A stretch of DNA of 39,477 bases, taken from NCBI GenBank assembly GCA_017550925.1, contig JAFZNL010000293.1, positions 1-39,477 on the forward strand, in the 5' to 3' direction. Shown here piece after piece: positions 33,593 to 39,477 of this stretch. This DNA comes from Lachnospiraceae bacterium (GTDB lineage: Bacteria; Bacillota; Clostridia; Lachnospirales; Lachnospiraceae). The notes under the pieces were generated by a model. The model made no database searches, had not been told where the DNA came from, and worked only from the letters and a program-made list of their open reading frames with translations. Each line of letters begins with the position of its first letter. The first letter of the stretch is position 1. Both the position numbers and the translations under genes were made by a program.

Positions 33593-36500
33593 ATGAAACA
33601 AGCAAAGATCAATATCCTGCCGAAATTCCACATGGGAGAATGGGATGGCGACATCCCGCGCAAAGACGCCCCCTTCTATCCGGGAAACAACAAATATCCG
33701 GCCTTTCTTCTCAATAACAGCCTGTATATCCTTTCCTTTCTGATCCCGTTTATCATCCTGCTCGGATATATGATCTATTTCGGTTTTTCTCCCTTCGGTC
33801 CGAATTCCATGATCATCATGGACGGAACGCTTACCAATCTGCCGCTTTTGCAGCAGACAAATGCAACGCTTCATACAGGACAGTACGCTTTCTATCAGAT
33901 GGCCGGAAAAGGCACGCCGGAACTGCTCTCCACCTGGGCCTTTTTCTTCACGAGTCCGTTTACGCTTCTGACTCTTTTGTTTGATCAGTCCGCTGCGATA
34001 CCGCTTTTGTCCATATTCAATATCCTTCGGATCTCCATGGCAGGTCCGCTTCTTTTGTATTTCCTGACCCACAGGCCCCTGGGCAGGCAAGGCAGCAAAT
34101 ACGACCTTTCGCTTCTCATCTTTACCATCGGTTATGCCCTTTCCAGCTTTGCGCTGTTTCAGCACAGCGATTTTATGTATATGGATCACTTCATGCTGTT
34201 TCCGCTGTTTTTGCTCGGACTGGAAAAACTGATGGCCGGCGGCAGCAGGAAACTATTTTGCATCATCAGTGCTGCCTGTCTGTTTTCCCAGTTTAATCTC
34301 GGCGCCACAATGCTTCTGTTCGCACTGTTTTATTTTCTGTTTCGCACGGACGAACCCTTCCCCATTGCCCTCAGGCAGCTTGGAAACCTGGTACTCTCCG
34401 GTCTGATCGCCTTAGGGCTGTCGGCAGTGACCGTCATTCCGGGATTCGCAGGGCTTTCCCACATTCTCTCAGACAGATGTCCCAACGCCGTGTTTGTATT
34501 TTCCCCGTTGGACCTTGTATTGATGCAGATGTTCCGTCATGCACCCTCTTTTTATACTACCAGCTTTTCCGGTAGCAATGTCTATTGCGGACTTCTTGTC
34601 ATCTTCCTGGCCATCCTTCATTTTACCGACAAAACATTCCAGATCAGAAAACGGATCCGGGATTTGCTGCTTTGGTTCATCCTTTTACTTGCCATCACAC
34701 AGTCGCAGATCATCTATCTGTCTGCCATGGGGCATTCCGTCACCAGCTCCTTCCTGCCCCATGCATTTTTGTTTGTCGGCCTGCTGCTGCTCTATGCCTT
34801 TGAAAGTCTTCCGAATATCCGCAAGCAGCATGTATTATGGCTTCTGTTTGCACTGCTTCTGCCCTTCGGCCTGATCGTACTGGCCATGAAGTTTTCCGTT
34901 GGGAAACCTGACTTTTCCTCTGCACAGCAGTCTTTCGGACTCCTTGCCTGCTTTGCCGTCCTGCTTGTACTATACCGGATTGGCAGCATCCGCAGGAAAA
35001 CCTTTTACGGCCTTGTTGTTTCCATAACAGTGCTTGAACTGTGTATATCCGCTTTCTTTACCATGTCCTTCACTGCAGAGGAAGGCGAGCTCTGCGAAGA
35101 AATAACCGCATCTTCTCTCTCCCCCGCTGACAGCGCATCTAATGGCCTTGGCGAGATCCATAAAGACAGGGACGGCTACTTAAACAGCAGGTACGGCCTT
35201 TCATCGCGTTATGATGTCAACCCTTTTACCACCGCAACCACCTTGTCTCATTTATCAGGCGAAACTGCCCTCCGTTATGATCCCCTGTCAGACTCCATGG
35301 CAGGCTTGAAACAATTGTATCTGCCGCAGGGTTCCTCTCCCGACCTGCTGCCAAACGAAACGCAGTACCGCAAAGCCGGCATGTCCTTTGACGGCAGCTA
35401 TGACATCTACGAAAACGACGACGCATTCCCGTTCTTCTACACCGTCCTCTCTACTGAGCAGGATTATGAAACCATGCAGAAAAGCTGCACTGACTGGGCG
35501 CAGTCCCAAAATGCCATCACACACTTTTTGGGAGCCGATCCTTCTGCAGAGCTGTTTTCACATGCTAAGCTGAAAACCGAACTATCCTCAAAGGATGATC
35601 TGTCCATCAAACACCTCGGCCACAATATTTTTACTGCTACCGAACCGGAAGGAGAAAACGCAAAAGACCGTTATCAGGTCAAGATCCAGTTTACGCCGCA
35701 GGAAAGCGGCGACGTGTACCTCTATCTGGATAAACCGGTACACTACGGCGATGCAGTCGCAGGAGACATCGAGAAGTATTTTTACTTTTTTGAATCCTCC
35801 GGCTTTACCGACCACACGATTTGGGTACAGGGATATTTATTCCACCCGGAAATCCTGCATGACCTGTCTCAGAAACTTTGCGATAACGAAATACGTCAGA
35901 TCGATTTTCATCCTTTTTCCTTCCAGATCACGACGGATTACCCGCAGGACAGATATCTGATCAGTGCCCTGCCGGCGGACAATCTGTTTTCCGTGAAGCT
36001 GGACGGAAAAAAAGCTGCCGTCTGCGCAGTTGGTGATCACCAGGCCGTTTTCCTTCCTGCCGGACAACACAAAATCGAGTATTCCATCCCCGTCCTGCCG
36101 CTTGCAGCCGGCTTGCTAATCACGCTGCTCACGCTTGTTTTATCGCATGCTTTGGCACATTTTGCTGCCCTGCAGGCAAGGAGCGCAGCGATCAGGCTCC
36201 GGGCTGTATCCGGGAAGATTGCAGACCTGATCACGGATAACCGCATCTATCTGCTTTCCTTTTTCCTGCCCTTTTTCATCCTGCTGTTGGCTGCGCTCTT
36301 CGGAAGCAATACCCCCTTCGGTTACTACAGCATCTTAAACGGCGATGCCTGCTCTGCCGAGATCCCTGCAGTTTATGACAGCGTTACTCTGATCCGCACA
36401 GGTCTGATCTCACACTTTTTCCAAAGCGGCGGCGGCATCGTACAATCCATCAGCAACCCGGCCGGCTTTATGCGGGCCCTGTATCTGCTGTTCCCGGAAG

Positions 36501-38737
36501 AGGATTATGTAAACCTGATCACCTTCCTTGTACTGCTGCGTCTTTCCCTGTGTTCCTTTACGCTGGTATGGTATCTGACACACCGCAGCATCAAGGCTCC
36601 GGCTGATAAGCATGACTATAAGCTACTTTTGGCGGGACTGACCTACAGCCTCTGCAACTATATGCTGATCATGATGGTATATTTTTCCTGGCTGCAGACT
36701 TTCGTTTTACTGCCCCTCATCCTCTGGGGAATGGATGAACTGATGGTCAAAAAGAAAAAGAGAGCCTACATTGCCCTGCTCTCCCTTTCCTTTTTCCTGC
36801 ATTATTACATGACCATGTTTATCTGCTTTTATCTTGTGCTGCGGTTTTTTACTTACCATTTCCGTTCATGGAAGCAGTTTCTGTCATCCGGCATCCGGTT
36901 TGCCCTTTGCAGCCTGGCTACCGGTGCCCTTGCCTTTTCGATCCTGTACCAGGGCCTTGCTTCTCTCTCCGGCAGCACCTATGGAGAAAAAGACGCCACC
37001 TTCACCGCTTCCTACTGGTTTAACGGTTTTCCCTACCTGTTCCAAAAACAGTCCGTATTTGCCGATGCCGCTGCCGTCTCCTGGAACGAAGGCGATGCCA
37101 GCCTTTACTTCGGGCTGCTGCAGCTGATGCTCCTTATGATCTTCATTCTGGCTAAGCAGATCCGCATATCCGAGAAGATACGCACGCTGTTTCCCATTGT
37201 CTTTTTATATATCACGTTTAACCAGTCTGTTTTGAATTTCATCTTCAACGGGCTGCACTATCAAAACGGCGTACCCAACCGTTTCGCCTTTCTGCTGCCC
37301 CTGTGCTGCGCCATCGTCTCCTATGACGCATTCCGGATCCTGCCAAAGCAGCCAAAGCGGAAGATGCTGATTAGCGTCATAGCCGTTTTCCTGCTGCTTG
37401 GCATCAGCGATCTTCATATCTATGAAACACCGGTATCCCGTCTTTCGCTGTTTGCGACCCTCGGGCTTTTGCTGATCTACGGCATTCTCATGCTCACCCT
37501 GCAGGGCTCTTATCAAAAGCGAAAACTGCTCCCGCAGCTTTTGCTTTTGTTTGTCATTGCGGAAATGAGCGCGAATGCCTATTTTGAATTTCACGCAAAT
37601 CAGGCAAATCCCGCAGGCATCACCTATGAGCAGGAAGCCGTCGATATGCTGAACGACAAGCTGGATTTTGACAAGTCCCTGGACAAAGTGGCAGTCATTA
37701 CCCCAACCAATAAAAACTTCGGCTCCGTTACGAAGGCTTTTACCATGCAGCTCTTCGCCGGCGGAAGCATCACTCCCTATCAGATCCGAATGACCGACTA
37801 CAGCGGCATGAATCCGGAGGCAAACGGCATGCTGGTGGACTGCACCAATACGCTGATCGGAAATGCCGTTGCCGGCAACAGGTATATCGTGATCCACGAC
37901 CGGTCTACGCTGCAAAACGCAGGCGATCTGAAATACTATACGCCTGTTGCCCAGACCTCACACAGCATCATTTTGAAAAACGATCTATGTCTGCCTTTCG
38001 GCTACTATCTGCCCTCTTCCCTTTCCTTCTCCGAAGAAGATAGGATCCGAAAATCCGACTTTTGGGACAGGCTGTCCGAAACCGTCACAGGGGAAACCGT
38101 GATGAGTGCTCATGACCTCCCTCTTTTCAACCCCGCTGATCCGGATCAAAGGGAGTATTACAGCCAGGAGCCCATCGATACTTACAGTGACACCCTGGCG
38201 ATTCACTTTGTCACGCCGCAGGATGGCGACCTTTATCTGAACACGGAGTTTTTCCAGTATATGGATGAAGTGCCGAAAGACGCAGAAGTTCATTTCACAT
38301 CTATCCGTACCCGGGACGGCGAAGCGGATAACCTTAACGGAATCAGCTATTATCTGCTCGACAGGGATGCACTTGACAGATTATGCGAAAAAATCAATGA
38401 AAACGCATTTGTGACAGAATCCTTTGATAACAATCATGTGAACGGATCCATCGATATGCCAGAAGACGGAATCCTGAACTTTTCGATTCCCTATACGGAT
38501 CAGTGGAATGTATTTGTTGACGGACAGCCTGCCCCGGCCGAGCCTTTTGCACAGGCCTTTTTGAGCGTGCAGGTTCCGAAAGGACACCATTCCATATCCC
38601 TGTCATACAATCTGAAATTCTGGACCTGGCCCATGACGCTGACACTGCTCTGCTGGATCTTATTCATCACTGCCTGCATCATTTCCGGCCACAGCCGCCT
38701 TTTCCCCCGGCAGATACAAAAGGCCGATCAGCAGTAA
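33593..38737 (+). CDS. 1714-aa polytopic membrane protein made of two tandem YfhO-family (GT-C-like) modules
   Basis: Module 1 covers about 33593-36150 (N-terminus YILSFLIPFIILLGYMIYFGFSPFGPNSMIIMDG; end LFSVKLDGKKAAVCAVGDHQAVFLPAGQHKIEYSIPVLPLAAGLLITLLTLVLS). Module 2 covers about 36240-38737 (N-terminus IYLLSFFLPFFILLLAALFGSNTPFGYYSILNGDA; end ILNFSIPYTDQWNVFVDGQPAPAEPFAQAFLSVQVPKGHHSISLSYNLKFWTWPMTLTLLCWILFI). It is collinear with the upstream gene, e.g. NGLHYQNGVPNRFAF versus NGMHYQVKVPNRYSF. Confidence 0.8.
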   Translation: MKQAKINILPKFHMGEWDGDIPRKDAPFYPGNNKYPAFLLNNSLYILSFLIPFIILLGYMIYFGFSPFGPNSMIIMDGTLTNLPLLQQTNATLHTGQYAFYQMAGKGTPELLSTWAFFFTSPFTLLTLLFDQSAAIPLLSIFNILRISMAGPLLLYFLTHRPLGRQGSKYDLSLLIFTIGYALSSFALFQHSDFMYMDHFMLFPLFLLGLEKLMAGGSRKLFCIISAACLFSQFNLGATMLLFALFYFLFRTDEPFPIALRQLGNLVLSGLIALGLSAVTVIPGFAGLSHILSDRCPNAVFVFSPLDLVLMQMFRHAPSFYTTSFSGSNVYCGLLVIFLAILHFTDKTFQIRKRIRDLLLWFILLLAITQSQIIYLSAMGHSVTSSFLPHAFLFVGLLLLYAFESLPNIRKQHVLWLLFALLLPFGLIVLAMKFSVGKPDFSSAQQSFGLLACFAVLLVLYRIGSIRRKTFYGLVVSITVLELCISAFFTMSFTAEEGELCEEITASSLSPADSASNGLGEIHKDRDGYLNSRYGLSSRYDVNPFTTATTLSHLSGETALRYDPLSDSMAGLKQLYLPQGSSPDLLPNETQYRKAGMSFDGSYDIYENDDAFPFFYTVLSTEQDYETMQKSCTDWAQSQNAITHFLGADPSAELFSHAKLKTELSSKDDLSIKHLGHNIFTATEPEGENAKDRYQVKIQFTPQESGDVYLYLDKPVHYGDAVAGDIEKYFYFFESSGFTDHTIWVQGYLFHPEILHDLSQKLCDNEIRQIDFHPFSFQITTDYPQDRYLISALPADNLFSVKLDGKKAAVCAVGDHQAVFLPAGQHKIEYSIPVLPLAAGLLITLLTLVLSHALAHFAALQARSAAIRLRAVSGKIADLITDNRIYLLSFFLPFFILLLAALFGSNTPFGYYSILNGDACSAEIPAVYDSVTLIRTGLISHFFQSGGGIVQSISNPAGFMRALYLLFPEEDYVNLITFLVLLRLSLCSFTLVWYLTHRSIKAPADKHDYKLLLAGLTYSLCNYMLIMMVYFSWLQTFVLLPLILWGMDELMVKKKKRAYIALLSLSFFLHYYMTMFICFYLVLRFFTYHFRSWKQFLSSGIRFALCSLATGALAFSILYQGLASLSGSTYGEKDATFTASYWFNGFPYLFQKQSVFADAAAVSWNEGDASLYFGLLQLMLLMIFILAKQIRISEKIRTLFPIVFLYITFNQSVLNFIFNGLHYQNGVPNRFAFLLPLCCAIVSYDAFRILPKQPKRKMLISVIAVFLLLGISDLHIYETPVSRLSLFATLGLLLIYGILMLTLQGSYQKRKLLPQLLLLFVIAEMSANAYFEFHANQANPAGITYEQEAVDMLNDKLDFDKSLDKVAVITPTNKNFGSVTKAFTMQLFAGGSITPYQIRMTDYSGMNPEANGMLVDCTNTLIGNAVAGNRYIVIHDRSTLQNAGDLKYYTPVAQTSHSIILKNDLCLPFGYYLPSSLSFSEEDRIRKSDFWDRLSETVTGETVMSAHDLPLFNPADPDQREYYSQEPIDTYSDTLAIHFVTPQDGDLYLNTEFFQYMDEVPKDAEVHFTSIRTRDGEADNLNGISYYLLDRDALDRLCEKINENAFVTESFDNNHVNGSIDMPEDGILNFSIPYTDQWNVFVDGQPAPAEPFAQAFLSVQVPKGHHSISLSYNLKFWTWPMTLTLLCWILFITACIISGHSRLFPRQIQKADQQ

Positions 38738-39477
38738 CCCGGCAGCCTTGATCACGTTTGCTGCCAGAAGGGCAACCGCCATGCCTTCCACAGAATACTT
38801 CGCGGACAGCGGAAATGCCAGAACGCAGAACAAAACCAGATACACGATATTTACATACAACTGGTATTTTTCATGCAGATAACGAAGGATGATAATGCTC
38901 AGGGTCGAAGCCAGAAAATAAAACACCTGCCCTGCATTTGCAAGCAGGAAATACGGTCTGGCCTGCAGATATACATCCGGATAAAAAAGGCGGACGAAGA
39001 TCAGTGAAAAAAGATGACATGCAAGAGATATCAGCACACCGCCGCATGCAGACAGGCACCAGATCCCGAGAAATGCTTTCTTCTTCATCTGATAACCGGT
39101 TTTTGAAAGATAGCCGACGATCACGCCGTCTAACGGAACTGCCGCAAGGGCTACGATCTTTCCCCCAAGGGATGCCACATAAAATACCGTTACGGTTTCT
39201 CCGCCTTTCATATGCTGTAAAATCACACGGTCTCCATGCAGGATCAATGCATTGATCAGATAGGTTCCCGCCAGCACAAAACAGGCGCGGAAGATCTCCC
39301 TGCCCTGCCCGGAAAGACGGAAAACCGGTTTCACAAAGAGTCTGCCCTTCCACAGCACATACAAAACACAGAGGATCTCGCCGCTCAGAAGGCAGGCCAT
39401 CCATGAACGGGTCACCTGATACAGCAAAAGCCCGGCCAGATAACCGGCCGCAAGAAGAATATAAAAGACGCAGAAAA
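38660..39477 (-). CDS. polysaccharide/oligosaccharide flippase-like (MOP/Wzx-type) membrane protein, 3' part (N-terminus outside the window)
   Basis: The frame stays open from 39477 to the stop at 38660, so the track start at TTG 39427 is an artefact of the window edge. It is polytopic, with a pattern typical of the C-terminal half of Wzx-like proteins (TYLINALILHGDRVILQHMKGGETVTVFYVASL...LDGVIVGYLSK...). The family call comes from pattern recall only. Confidence 0.5.
   Translation of the reverse strand, partial: FCVFYILLAAGYLAGLLLYQVTRSWMACLLSGEILCVLYVLWKGRLFVKPVFRLSGQGREIFRACFVLAGTYLINALILHGDRVILQHMKGGETVTVFYVASLGGKIVALAAVPLDGVIVGYLSKTGYQMKKKAFLGIWCLSACGGVLISLACHLFSLIFVRLFYPDVYLQARPYFLLANAGQVFYFLASTLSIIILRYLHEKYQLYVNIVYLVLFCVLAFPLSAKYSVEGMAVALLAANVIKAAGLLLIGLLYLPGEKAAVAGNDAGSDE

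Noticed and set aside
1-39477. Scan for tRNA, rRNA, CRISPR arrays and large tandem repeats
   Set aside because: I saw no cloverleaf-like GC-rich 70-90-nt segments in the spacers, no regularly spaced direct repeats and no rRNA-like regions. All spacers over 60 nt are accounted for above.

Overview
This looks like a chromosomal window from a motile Gram-positive anaerobe. The gene order (topA-codY-flgB), strong AGGAGG-type ribosome-binding sites and frequent TTG/GTG starts suggest Clostridia, possibly Lachnospiraceae, but the taxon is inference only.

The window has three blocks:
1. 1-8.1 kb, minus strand: topA, codY, and the start of a fla/che-type flagellar operon (flgB, flgC, fliE, fliF, fliG, and the 5' end of fliH).
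2. 8.2-28.2 kb, minus strand: one long type IV pilus (T4P) operon. The order is pilB, pilC, two tandem pilin genes, pilD, a pilM-pilN fusion and pilO. These are followed by four pilin-like genes, two of them about 850 aa, and a 1682-aa Sec-secreted protein.
3. 28.6-38.7 kb, plus strand, divergent from the pilus operon: two adjacent giant membrane proteins of 1629 and 1714 aa. Each is a head-to-tail fusion of two complete YfhO-family (GT-C-like) modules. The 3' part of a convergent MOP/Wzx-like flippase gene follows.

I saw no rRNA, tRNA, CRISPR array, transposase, integrase or recognisable defence genes.

The most noteworthy observations are:
- The array of four YfhO modules next to the pilus genes.
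- The oversized minor pilins plus a PilY1-like positional analogue in a Gram-positive T4P operon.
- A ~180-nt element present twice inside the flagellar operon. Four helices covary between the copies around an invariant 42-nt core, which makes it a candidate structured RNA.
- A complete tandem MshEN-type c-di-GMP binding motif in PilB.

All family assignments come from reading the translated sequences. No database search was possible.
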